Shown one piece after another: positions 8,361-16,825 of a stretch of DNA of 32,000 nucleotides (position 1 is its first letter; the number at the start of each line of letters is the position of its first letter). The position numbers were made by a program, and so were the translations under genes. Under the pieces are notes generated by a model. The model saw only the letters and a program-made list of their open reading frames with translations, had not been told where the DNA came from and did not search any database. Source of the DNA: Nitrosopumilus oxyclinae (GTDB lineage: Archaea > Thermoproteota > Nitrososphaeria > Nitrososphaerales > Nitrosopumilaceae); contig NZ_CP026994.1 in the NCBI RefSeq assembly GCF_013407165.1, positions 864,187-896,186 on the forward strand, in the 5' to 3' direction.

Positions 8361-8466
8361 GGCGCAAACCCCTAACTGCAGAACATTGAGAGATTTCCTC
8401 TCGTGGTCAAACGTCTAAACGCCTGATTGCCTTTTTCGTTCTGCGGGGCAGCGCGGTCTAATCGCC
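8361..8466 (+). ncRNA. Candidate structured non-coding RNA of unknown class (GC-rich island)
   Basis: About 106 nt that are conspicuously GC-rich within AT-rich intergenic DNA. A 9-bp helix pairs 8376-8384 with 8438-8446; it has a G.U pair on the + strand where the - strand would have C.A. A GAGAG/CUCUC hairpin lies at 8388-8402, and GGCG/CGCC closes the ends. No coding potential. Confidence 0.4.
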
Positions 8467-8612
8467 AGATTTTACAACTAACGACATCATATTGTATAGG
8501 ACAAATAACTATTTAACATTTAGTATGAATTATTACATAAAACATAAAGTATTATTGTAAATTGTAATCAAATGTTCATAACAATATCATCAGGCATTTA
8601 CAGAACACAGGA

Positions 8613-8622
8613 TTAGCACTAG
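8613..8622 (+). promoter_or_regulatory. TTRRCACTAG box (TTAGCACTAG)
   Basis: 57 nt upstream of the RHH gene's ATG (8670), with a tattaata box in between. Confidence 0.35.
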
Positions 8623-8669
8623 GGAAAATTGTATTCGTGGTATTAATACAATGAATGTCAATTGAACAT

Positions 8670-8810
8670 ATGGGAAGACGAGTAACCATAATGATTGAAG
8701 ACAGTCTAGATAAAAAAATCAGACAATTCCAGGCTAAAACAATACATAAAAAAAATTCAACATATAGTTATTCCAAAGCAGTAAATGACTTGCTACGAAA
8801 AATAGTCTAG
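8670..8810 (+). CDS. Ribbon-helix-helix (CopG/Arc-like) small DNA-binding protein, 46 aa
   Basis: ATG ORF that is too short to appear in the supplied ORF track: MGRRVTIMIEDSLDKKIRQFQAKTIHKKNSTYSYSKAVNDLLRKIV. It has an N-terminal beta-strand (RVTIMI) and two helices, which is typical RHH. A TATA-like tattaata lies about 28 nt upstream. Confidence 0.5.
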   Translation: MGRRVTIMIEDSLDKKIRQFQAKTIHKKNSTYSYSKAVNDLLRKIV

Positions 8811-8850
8811 ATTTACAAAAATATATTTTCAACAACCCCCGACAAAATAG

Positions 8851-8952
8851 TGTTAATTGGTTAGATTGGAAATATACTGAATACCATTCGTTCTAATTTT
8901 GAATGATTAAAGCGGTTTGACATTCAAAATGGAATGCTGATACCAATTAACA
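8851..8952. repeat. Nested inverted repeats (imperfect ~100-nt hairpin)
   Basis: The outer arms are tgttaattggt (8851-8861) and accaattaaca (8942-8952). The inner arms are attttgaatg (8896-8905) and cattcaaaat (8921-8930). Confidence 0.6.
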
Positions 8953-8987
8953 ATACAATTCTTTAGGGGTATTTCAGAATCAAATAC

Positions 8988-9248
8988 ATGGGCAGGTCCA
9001 TTTTCATCAAGGAAATAATCACAATTTTAAAAGAGCCAAGGCTATGCCCCACATGTCAAAAAGAAGACAGGTTGGAGAAAGACCTCGTAAGAGAAGGTCG
9101 CTCAAATGGAAAGACGATACTGTGTTCTAGATGTGAGGCATTAATTGTAATTACAAATCACAATCTCAAAGAAGTAGATTTGTCAGCTACCAAAGATGAC
9201 TCAATAATGCTAAAAGAGCCGCATTTGATCAGAAAAGTAGTCTACTGA
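8988..9248 (+). CDS. Hypothetical Zn-ribbon protein
   Basis: 86 aa with CPTC...CSRC cysteine pairs. Confidence 0.5.
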   Translation: MGRSIFIKEIITILKEPRLCPTCQKEDRLEKDLVREGRSNGKTILCSRCEALIVITNHNLKEVDLSATKDDSIMLKEPHLIRKVVY

Positions 9249-9619
9249 TCAGATTTCCGTCTAATTGATTTCTTCTTGGTTGTAGGTTTTTTAACAGTGA
9301 ATTTCTTCTTGGATAATCTTTTTCTGGTTTGATTTTCAGCGCTGTCAGGAGCTAACCGTGTGGATAGCAATCCTTCCTTGTCTTCAAGAAGCATAGAAAT
9401 TATACGAGGCCTAATACACCTTGCAACTTCCCAATCGCGTAGATTTGCATTCTTTGATTCTTCTTTAATGATAAGACCTGCCAGTCCATCACTCCAAATA
9501 TGTCGTCTAGTATCATAGACTTCAATTATCTTACCATGTTTTGTAATCTTGATTGCTCCGTGACATCGATGAATTACTTGTTCTGCAACACTTTGGTAGA
9601 TTTTTTCAAGATTTGCCAT
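9242..9619 (-). CDS. Hypothetical protein with a highly basic C-terminal tail
   Basis: 125 aa. The tail is RKRLSKKKFTVKKPTTKKKSIRRKS. Confidence 0.55.
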   Translation of the reverse strand: MANLEKIYQSVAEQVIHRCHGAIKITKHGKIIEVYDTRRHIWSDGLAGLIIKEESKNANLRDWEVARCIRPRIISMLLEDKEGLLSTRLAPDSAENQTRKRLSKKKFTVKKPTTKKKSIRRKSDQ

Positions 9620-9782
9620 ACATCATAATGAAATCTCATCATGTGAAAAAGCTTCTTATTTTTAGATTGAATGATAATATATTCAAGACAATATGAGGAA
9701 AAATGCTGATGATTAATCAACCTTCTAAGCTATAACTGATAGATGATGAGAATTGCCGAATTATGAAGCGTTTTTTATTAAA

Positions 9783-10175
9783 TTAGATTTGACGTTCACT
9801 GACGTTTACCATCATAGATAGTGGCGGCGATAATGCCGAAGGATTGTCAATACTCTCCCAAACATACACCTGAATGTGATACGTTCCAGGTTCAGTAGGA
9901 ACCCAAGACTGTGCAGGAGAAAATGACTGTCTAGGAGACAAAGAACCAGTCAGCCAAGACAATGAAATCACAACATCGTTATCATCTCTAACTTGTGTAA
10001 TGTATGCAAAATTTTGTGGAGTGTCTTGATTGTTTGAAACATCAGCCACTATCATAATTTGTTCATTTACAAAATGGGTTTTATCTTCAGATGTGTTTTG
10101 TGCAGTTACAGGATCAGCAAAGGCTACACCCATTCCAGACATAATGAAAAGTAAAGAGAACAAAAGAATTTTCAT
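9783..10175 (-). CDS. Secreted hypothetical protein
   Basis: Signal peptide MKILLFSLLFIMSGMGVAFA, followed by a ~105-aa beta-rich domain. Confidence 0.65.
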   Translation of the reverse strand: MKILLFSLLFIMSGMGVAFADPVTAQNTSEDKTHFVNEQIMIVADVSNNQDTPQNFAYITQVRDDNDVVISLSWLTGSLSPRQSFSPAQSWVPTEPGTYHIQVYVWESIDNPSALSPPLSMMVNVSERQI

Positions 10176-10210
10176 AATCCGTATTAGTAGGATGTATATT
10201 TAATCTAGCT

Positions 10211-10417
10211 ATGGGGGATGAACTACCTGAGAATTTTCCTGAATTTTCAATAATGTACAAGACACTAACTAGTCAAATAAACAAGCTAAAAAAAGACAAA
10301 GAAAATCTCAAAGATAAAGAAAGGGATGAAATAGAATTAAAAATTCAATCATACCAATTAGAAATAGCAAAAATTAAGAAAAAGTTTCCAGATAACTTCT
10401 TTGAAGAATTAAGTTAA
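10211..10417 (+). CDS. Hypothetical coiled-coil protein
   Basis: 68 aa, K/E-rich with a heptad pattern. Confidence 0.45.
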   Translation: MGDELPENFPEFSIMYKTLTSQINKLKKDKENLKDKERDEIELKIQSYQLEIAKIKKKFPDNFFEELS

Positions 10418-10636
10418 TTACTCATGTGTATGATCATGGCCACAATCACAAGAATGATCATCGCCTTTCAGAGACATTAGTTGCTGTACCATTTCATCTC
10501 TAATTTTCAATAAATCTCCAACTTGTTGCTTCATAGATTCTGAATCCCAATTGCCTTGATGTAGTGCTCTAACCACATCAATTATCTCAAGATCAACATT
10601 TAGTAAATTATCCATCAGTTGTTCTTGCTCATTCAT
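10418..10636 (-). CDS. Hypothetical acidic protein with a His/Cys-rich C-terminus
   Basis: 72 aa ending in GDDHSCDCGHDHTHE, a possible metal-binding tail. Confidence 0.45.
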   Translation of the reverse strand: MNEQEQLMDNLLNVDLEIIDVVRALHQGNWDSESMKQQVGDLLKIRDEMVQQLMSLKGDDHSCDCGHDHTHE

Positions 10637-10686
10637 AATATCTCAATTATACACTAGAAGAAAAACTATTCTAATTAAAATTAATT

Positions 10687-11133
10687 TTATTCTGCTTCCA
10701 TGCTTTCTTTAAGCAGATTCTTCCTTACAAGAATTGGAATATTATAAAATGCACCCAATGCCATAGCATCTGAAGCACGATAGTTTCTCAATACAAGGTC
10801 TTTCTTACCTGTAAAGTATAGATTGGCACGCAACACATCACCACTTTCATAAATTTTGACTTTAACTAGAACCAATTCATTTTGTTCACAAATTTCTTCA
10901 ATCATCTTGTAAATGGATGGTGCGGCCTCACCTTCAGTTTCGCCAAAACTCGAGATATGTTTTGCAACTTCACCAGAAAAGGCCCTCATATGGAATTCTT
11001 TTCCATTATCAGCTTTTAGAACAACCATACCTTCAACGGCATAAGGATCAACGAATCCAACATAATCAATTTTCACAGACTCATAATCAGGCTCTTGTGC
11101 TTGATCAATTTCCATAGTAATACGAATAAACAT
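10687..11133 (-). CDS. Bifunctional nuclease (DUF151/BFN) family protein
   Basis: 148 aa. MVVLKADNGKEFHMRAFSGEVAKHI...APSIYKMIEEICEQN...VKIYESGDVLRANLYF resembles the BFN-domain pattern. Confidence 0.55.
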   Translation of the reverse strand: MFIRITMEIDQAQEPDYESVKIDYVGFVDPYAVEGMVVLKADNGKEFHMRAFSGEVAKHISSFGETEGEAAPSIYKMIEEICEQNELVLVKVKIYESGDVLRANLYFTGKKDLVLRNYRASDAMALGAFYNIPILVRKNLLKESMEAE

Positions 11134-11259
11134 CCTGGTCAGTGCTTATAAAGATAGCAAAAAAATGAGATCAAAATCATGAATTAGTTAATTATTTTTC
11201 AACGATCACTTCTCACGCGTAACCCCAAATTATTTAAAATCCCCAACTAAGGTAGCTTA

Positions 11260-13074
11260 ATGTCAACTAATCCAGAACGTGCCGTATCATATGTTCTTAG
11301 TAAGTACGTTACAGATTACATGGACAAAGATGTACTTACTCTCGGACAAGAGACACAAACCAGCGAAGCTGCCAGAATGTTACGTCACTACGAAACAGAT
11401 GACATTGTTGTTACAGACAAAAATAATTTTCCAGTAGGGATTGTTACCGATGAAGATATTCTAAGTAAAGTCAGTGACGTTACAGTTTACGCAGAATCTA
11501 CAAAATTGAAAGATATCATGAGTACACCTCTAATCACAATTAATGAAAAATCAACTTTACAAGATGCATTACATAAAATGAGAGATAATAACATTAGAAA
11601 ACTTCCAGTCTTATCAAAGAAAAATCAAGTAATCGGAATGATTTTTCAATCAGTTATTGCAAATGTCATAAGAGATGCAACTGCTACTGCACCTCGTTTA
11701 TTGAGTCCACCAGTAAAAGCCATTTTAGGAAATCTTGGATTTGTCTTACAGTTTGCAGGAGTGTTGCTTTTGGTTCCTGCAATTGTTGCAACAATATTAG
11801 AGGATACAACTACTGCTACTGGAATTTACCTGACTACTGTCCTTTTACTAGTTACAGGGTTTTTCCTCAACTCTTATGGTGAAAAATCAAGTTTAAATTT
11901 ACAACAAGCCTCGATTTTGGTGTTTTCAAGCCTGTTTTTACTATCGTTGTTTGGAACAGTGCCGTATCTGTACGTACTTCCAAGTGATGAAACAGATATT
12001 GAAAAATTCAGTAATGCATTCTTTTCTAGTGCTGCAGGATTTACAACTGGAGGAATATCATTATTTGATGAACCAGAAAAACTTACCCAGAGTTTCACAT
12101 TCTTTCGAAGTTATACCCAACTAGTAGGAGGAATGAGTTTCATTTACCTAGTAATTACTGCGTTTTATCCTGAATCTAAATTGCAATCAATGCGTGGTTT
12201 CATTTCAGGAAGAACATTGCACATGAAAGAATTATTTTCAACCATCACAGTCATCTTTGCGATTTACATTGTCATTGTTGCATCTCTACTGTATGTATTT
12301 GGAGAGGGAAATATCATTGATAATTTTTCGCTGGCTATGAGTACTCTATCTACAGGAGGATTTACACCCACATCGACAATTCTTGAAGGATTAGTTTGGC
12401 AAGAACATATTATTTTGATGGGGGCAATGATACTCGGAGCATTACCATTTACTTTCCACTATGCATTTGTAAGAAAAAAATTCCTTTCCCCAAAACTTGG
12501 AAAAGAAGTTTTAACATACTTTGCAATTTTAGGTAGTGCAACTGTTTTGTTTATTGGAATTAGCGGTTTAGATCCAATGCAGAGTGCATTTTATTCTGTA
12601 TCAGCCAGTACAACAGCAGGATTACAAATAGATAGTCTTGCAGGGTTGAGTGGCGGAGCACACGCCGTTTTGATAATTTTGATGGTAATTGGCGGATGTG
12701 GGTTTTCTACTACAGGAGGTTTGAAAATATTTAGAATTTTCCATCTCAGAGATGTTAAAGCAATGCTCAGTAAAGTAAAACGTGCAGAACTTGCCCCTCA
12801 AGCAAAAAAAGAAGTCATATCCACACTTATCATTCTAGCACTATTTCCTATAATTGCATCAATAACAGGATTACATCTTGCAGCAATTGAGGACGTTCCA
12901 TTCCAAGATGCATTTTTTGAATCAGTAGGAGTAATCACCACAGGAGGATTATCTGCAGGAGTAATTCATTTTGATACGGATCCTGCAACAAAAATTGTTT
13001 TAGGGTTTTTGATGATTTTTGGCAGATTGGAAATAATTGCAATCATCTACATTTTTGTACCTAAACTAAGCTAA
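11260..13074 (+). CDS. TrkH/KtrB-family cation (K+) transporter fused to an N-terminal CBS pair
   Basis: Residues ~20-140 form two CBS motifs (DIVVTDKNNFPVGIVTDEDIL; IRKLPVLSKKNQVIGMI). The rest is polytopic, with repeated TrkH-type selectivity-loop motifs (TTGG, STGG, TTAG, TTGG). Confidence 0.8.
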   Translation: MSTNPERAVSYVLSKYVTDYMDKDVLTLGQETQTSEAARMLRHYETDDIVVTDKNNFPVGIVTDEDILSKVSDVTVYAESTKLKDIMSTPLITINEKSTLQDALHKMRDNNIRKLPVLSKKNQVIGMIFQSVIANVIRDATATAPRLLSPPVKAILGNLGFVLQFAGVLLLVPAIVATILEDTTTATGIYLTTVLLLVTGFFLNSYGEKSSLNLQQASILVFSSLFLLSLFGTVPYLYVLPSDETDIEKFSNAFFSSAAGFTTGGISLFDEPEKLTQSFTFFRSYTQLVGGMSFIYLVITAFYPESKLQSMRGFISGRTLHMKELFSTITVIFAIYIVIVASLLYVFGEGNIIDNFSLAMSTLSTGGFTPTSTILEGLVWQEHIILMGAMILGALPFTFHYAFVRKKFLSPKLGKEVLTYFAILGSATVLFIGISGLDPMQSAFYSVSASTTAGLQIDSLAGLSGGAHAVLIILMVIGGCGFSTTGGLKIFRIFHLRDVKAMLSKVKRAELAPQAKKEVISTLIILALFPIIASITGLHLAAIEDVPFQDAFFESVGVITTGGLSAGVIHFDTDPATKIVLGFLMIFGRLEIIAIIYIFVPKLS

Positions 13075-13177
13075 AACTCTGAATTAATCAATTAACAAGA
13101 CAAATCCCAAAAATCTACGCTTATCACCAAACCAGAATTAGGATAGAATTTAATGTAATATCTAAAAAATTTCACAT

Positions 13178-14005
13178 ATGGGAGTCGAAGAGAAAAAAAA
13201 TACAACTCAAGGAAAAAAACTAATTGTTTTAGGATTTGTAACTATTGGAATTTTGTTTTTTATGTATGGTAGATATCAAGATCCAGAAGTCTTCACCCCT
13301 AGCGCCATGGATACCATACAAAGAATTGCATATGGATTTTACATTATTCTAATAGTATCATTTGGAGCCATTGGGTTTGGAACGTACAGATATCAAAGAG
13401 AAAAAGTGGAAAACAAAGGAAAGGATCTTTTATCAATTATTGCATTTGCCACATGGAATTCAAAATCTCGAAAAATTTTCACTGCAACATTTATCGGATA
13501 TGGAGTCTTTTTTTCACTTGTTTCAGGAACTCTAGTGTATCAACCAGAAGTTGACTTTTCTTATCATTATGGTGCTACCATCCCATCAGGATTCATTGCA
13601 CCATGTTGTGACGGAGCAGGATATATGCCACAAGTCATCATATATCTCACTGAACATGTAGGATTAAACATAATACCAATCAACCTAGTATTGCAAGTTA
13701 TTGTTTCATATTTGGTAGGATTAAACACCGTAATTGCAGTTAACGCTTATACAATTTCAAGAAAAGGTAGAGGGGCAAGCAGTATAGGTGCAATAGCTGG
13801 ATTATTTATCGCATGTCCTACTTGTGCAGGAACATTTTTGTCAATATTTATTGGAACTGCAAGCGGGATTGCATTGTCAATTGCTTTAACTCAACTGCAA
13901 ACATTTTTCATTGCAATATCAATTCCCATCTTACTAGTAACCCCATTTATCATGGCAAAGAAATTAAGAAATACAGATGGTAGTTGTAAAATCAATTTAA
14001 ATTAA
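13178..14005 (+). CDS. Polytopic membrane protein with conserved Cys motifs
   Basis: 275 aa with about 6 TM helices and the motifs APCCDGAGY and ACPTCAG. Family not recognised. Confidence 0.65.
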   Translation: MGVEEKKNTTQGKKLIVLGFVTIGILFFMYGRYQDPEVFTPSAMDTIQRIAYGFYIILIVSFGAIGFGTYRYQREKVENKGKDLLSIIAFATWNSKSRKIFTATFIGYGVFFSLVSGTLVYQPEVDFSYHYGATIPSGFIAPCCDGAGYMPQVIIYLTEHVGLNIIPINLVLQVIVSYLVGLNTVIAVNAYTISRKGRGASSIGAIAGLFIACPTCAGTFLSIFIGTASGIALSIALTQLQTFFIAISIPILLVTPFIMAKKLRNTDGSCKINLN

Positions 14006-14250
14006 AATTTCTTTACTTCAGGAATTTTATGGTTCCCAATATCATACCCGTCTCGGCGTAGAAATTTCAGTGTAAGTTTGTAAATAATTTCATCATGATC
14101 AACTTTTTCTAAAATCTCAGTCCAGAGTACCTTGCCATTATTTTCAATAATTTTTTTAAAATCAGGATTCATAGATTCTGCCATATCTCTGCATTGATCA
14201 AATGTTTTGCCATTTTTGTAAGCACGAACACGCCTATCACAACTATCCAT
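14002..14250 (-). CDS. Hypothetical protein
   Basis: 82-aa ORF with no competing frame. Confidence 0.45.
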   Translation of the reverse strand: MDSCDRRVRAYKNGKTFDQCRDMAESMNPDFKKIIENNGKVLWTEILEKVDHDEIIYKLTLKFLRRDGYDIGNHKIPEVKKF

Positions 14251-14327
14251 ATTGAAGATAGATCAAAATTGTAAATAAACCTAGTATGAACAAATTCAAA
14301 CAAATACTAGACTAGGGAATAAAAAAT

Positions 14328-14561
14328 ATGGCAATAAAATCAACTGAAGAATATATTGACTTTTTCATAAATTTGAACATGGGAGAAAATGTCCCATTGT
14401 TGAGTTTCGTAAATAACGAAAGAATGGTTCTAAAACAAAAATTAGAATACAAAAATTTGGAAAAAGAGCCCATTAAGAAAGGAATCGAAATATTGGAAAA
14501 ATTAGTAACAGAGATTAGCGAGATGGGACAAAAAGCAGTAATTGAAAAATATCAAAAGTGA
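14328..14561 (+). CDS. Hypothetical protein
   Basis: 77-aa ORF immediately upstream of the wHTH gene on the same strand. Confidence 0.45.
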   Translation: MAIKSTEEYIDFFINLNMGENVPLLSFVNNERMVLKQKLEYKNLEKEPIKKGIEILEKLVTEISEMGQKAVIEKYQK

Positions 14562-14577
14562 ATTTTAGGAGAAAATA

Positions 14578-15144
14578 ATGGATAAAAATTCAGAGATAAT
14601 CAAGACAGAAATTATTAGAATACTAAATGAAAATGGAAAGATTAGAGGTACAGACCTTGCAAAAAGAGTGATAAAAAAAGTAGGTAATGAGAAAATAGTT
14701 TACAGGGAAATTAGTGCACTAGTAGAAGCAGGAGAAATTGATAAAAAAGTTCATAGTCGTTCCCATATCGAATATGAGTTGATAAATCTCTCAGAATCTG
14801 TAAACAATCAACTAAAAAATTTGCATAAAGAAGTAGATATGATATTTGAGGAAATTGCTAATTTTGAAATTACAGTGAAAGAAGAAAATTTCTCACTTCA
14901 TGAAAGACTAAGATCAATTATTCATCAAATACACATTGTTCAATCAACTGACGGTATAATGAAATTATTATCATATTATCCGGCATTTAAAAAAGATAAA
15001 ATGTATTCACAAATAATTAGAAAAATAAATGATTGTTGGGAATCAATAATGAAAAGCATAACGCATCAACCAGAAGGGGATTTTCTTAATGAAGTTCTTG
15101 CAAATTTGAGAATATCACATATTGACACAAATAACGTAAACTAG
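14578..15144 (+). CDS. Winged-helix (wHTH) domain protein, hypothetical
   Basis: The N-terminal ~65 aa (IIRILNENGKIRGTDLAKRV...EISALVEAGEIDKKV) look like a MarR/ArsR-type wHTH. It shares its architecture with 21331-21918. Confidence 0.55.
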   Translation: MDKNSEIIKTEIIRILNENGKIRGTDLAKRVIKKVGNEKIVYREISALVEAGEIDKKVHSRSHIEYELINLSESVNNQLKNLHKEVDMIFEEIANFEITVKEENFSLHERLRSIIHQIHIVQSTDGIMKLLSYYPAFKKDKMYSQIIRKINDCWESIMKSITHQPEGDFLNEVLANLRISHIDTNNVN

Positions 15145-15434
15145 TCTACGATCTTAACAAGATAGATTGGTCTATCTGCTTTATCCTCATAGATGAATTC
15201 AGATATTTGGATATTTTTAATTTTTTTCTCACTAAAAAAATGAACATATGCGCGATTATCAGCAGTAAGTAACTCACAATCATTGTCTTTACAAAATGTT
15301 GCCAATGTCTCATCATAGTCTCTTTGTTTCAAATCAACCCCAACTACAAATATTTTATCATAATTTTCCAGATGTTTTTTAGCATCCTCATTTACTAGCC
15401 ACTTGCAATTTTGATCAATTAGTACATTTCTCAT
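15141..15434 (-). CDS. PIN-like (DUF5615/Mut7-C-like) putative toxin
   Basis: 97 aa with N-terminal LIDQN and distal D..LLTADNRAY, matching the DUF5615 pattern (vDenl ... illT.D.DF). Confidence 0.4.
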   Translation of the reverse strand: MRNVLIDQNCKWLVNEDAKKHLENYDKIFVVGVDLKQRDYDETLATFCKDNDCELLTADNRAYVHFFSEKKIKNIQISEFIYEDKADRPIYLVKIVD

Positions 15435-15550
15435 TCCTGTTTCTCTAATTCCTGTATTTTTAATTCAAGTTCTTTTACTTTTTGTCTTAACTCTATATTT
15501 TCATCTCTTAGAGAATCTCTTTCTCTTGTTAGTATTTCATTAAGATCCAT
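15431..15550 (-). CDS. Small coiled-coil protein (39 aa), possible antitoxin partner
   Basis: ATG ORF, not in the track: MDLNEILTRERDSLRDENIELRQKVKELELKIQELEKQE. Its TGA overlaps the downstream ATG (ATGA). Confidence 0.3.
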   Translation of the reverse strand: MDLNEILTRERDSLRDENIELRQKVKELELKIQELEKQE

Positions 15551-15644
15551 AAATTTTGGATGTAAATTATTAACTTAAGCGTATCGGGATCACAAATAGC
15601 AAAGTACCATCAAGTACTTATTTTCAATTATATTATAAAATACA

Positions 15645-15878
15645 ATGGATGTAAAAGAAGAAGATACATCTGAAGAATCTAAAAAAAATCACATATCATA
15701 TTACAAATCTTTAGCTAAAGTAATCTCAGATATTCAGAAAGAAAAAGATCATGAAGGAGAACCGGCAATCAAAAGTCACTTAACAAATAGAATAGAAGCA
15801 ATGGAGAAGGATATGAAAAGAATTAGAGATATGTTTCCAGATATCAGAGAGGAGGAGTGGAATGGTTACACCAACTGA
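15645..15878 (+). CDS. Hypothetical protein
   Basis: 77-aa charged helical ORF. Confidence 0.45.
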   Translation: MDVKEEDTSEESKKNHISYYKSLAKVISDIQKEKDHEGEPAIKSHLTNRIEAMEKDMKRIRDMFPDIREEEWNGYTN

Positions 15879-16068
15879 GAAAAATCACAATAAGTATTTA
15901 GACATGCTCCATGACTACAAAATTCATCTGATAAAATATATCGAAATGTTAGAAAAGATGGATAAAGAATCAGAATTTGCAAAAGAGTGGAATCTATCCA
16001 CAATAAAGGAACGAAAACAAGAAATCCAGGTTATCGATAAAATTTTAAAAAATTTAATTCGATTCTAG
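15862..16068 (+). CDS. Hypothetical protein
   Basis: 68-aa ORF that overlaps the preceding gene by 17 nt on the same strand. Confidence 0.4.
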   Translation: MVTPTEKNHNKYLDMLHDYKIHLIKYIEMLEKMDKESEFAKEWNLSTIKERKQEIQVIDKILKNLIRF

Positions 16069-16428
16069 TCTGGATTTTAAGGATAAATCATACAGAGAAT
16101 TACAAAAAACCTCAAGATGTTCTGAGGATACACCATCAAACCATGCCAATTCTTTATCTATACTAAACCCTTCAAATGTATAATTCAAGTTTGTTTTTAC
16201 ATATTCAATTTCATTTTGAATTAATTTAGAGATTTTTTCTTGTGTGTTACTAGATAATTCATAATCACATGTCATCAAATCTAGTTGTACAAGGTAATTC
16301 CCATGTAGTGGGTTAATTTTTGCCTTGACAAACGGCCTGTTTTCCTGTTGACATGCACGATAGAATTTATCATATTCGAACATTTTAGAATCACCAAAAT
16401 ATTTACGAAGTGCCATAATATCTAACAA
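16054..16428 (-). CDS. Hypothetical protein
   Basis: 124-aa ORF. Confidence 0.5.
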   Translation of the reverse strand: MLDIMALRKYFGDSKMFEYDKFYRACQQENRPFVKAKINPLHGNYLVQLDLMTCDYELSSNTQEKISKLIQNEIEYVKTNLNYTFEGFSIDKELAWFDGVSSEHLEVFCNSLYDLSLKSRLESN

Positions 16429-16447
16429 CTATCGTTGTTAAAAAAGT

Positions 16448-16825
16448 CTAAAGGCCTGCAGTTATTTTTTTAATTTTTGTAATTAACCTGATTTTGGTAC
16501 TAATCGGCATTTCAGGCTCCATTGTAAAATATACAATGTTCCGCTTTGTGTAAATTACCATTTGAGATACTCTTTCCCTCTCTACATGAACATACCTTAC
16601 TTTACCCAAAGACCTATCAAACTCTTTTCTCATAGTGCGTCTTTGAGCAACCTGTTTACAGAAATGCTCTTCTTCCTTTTGATTTTTCAAATTAGTTTTT
16701 CCTGTTTTCATGATGGCCTCACGAATATTTCCTTTAGGATCAATAATTGCTGCAAATCTCATCTTAGTATCTAAATTAAGAATTTTTTGAACTACATCAA
16801 GTAAATCAATTTTTTTAGTTGTCAT
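16448..16825 (-). CDS. Hypothetical protein (possible Roadblock/LC7-like fold)
   Basis: I prefer the ATG at 16825 (MTTKKIDLL...) because a ttatattt box lies about 27 nt upstream on the minus strand. The ORF track extends the frame to a TTG at 16867. Confidence 0.5.
   Translation of the reverse strand: MTTKKIDLLDVVQKILNLDTKMRFAAIIDPKGNIREAIMKTGKTNLKNQKEEEHFCKQVAQRRTMRKEFDRSLGKVRYVHVERERVSQMVIYTKRNIVYFTMEPEMPISTKIRLITKIKKITAGL

Noticed and set aside
8361-8466. GC-rich island as a tRNA (with or without intron), 5S rRNA, C/D-box sRNA or fluoride riboswitch
   Set aside because: There is no 7-bp acceptor stem, no GTTCRANYC-type T-loop, no 5S loop-C/helix-III consensus and no RUGAUGA box. Only a partial AAACGCC..UGAU resemblance to the crcB motif exists, without its P3 hairpin or a downstream transporter gene. 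It is kept only as an unclassified candidate RNA.
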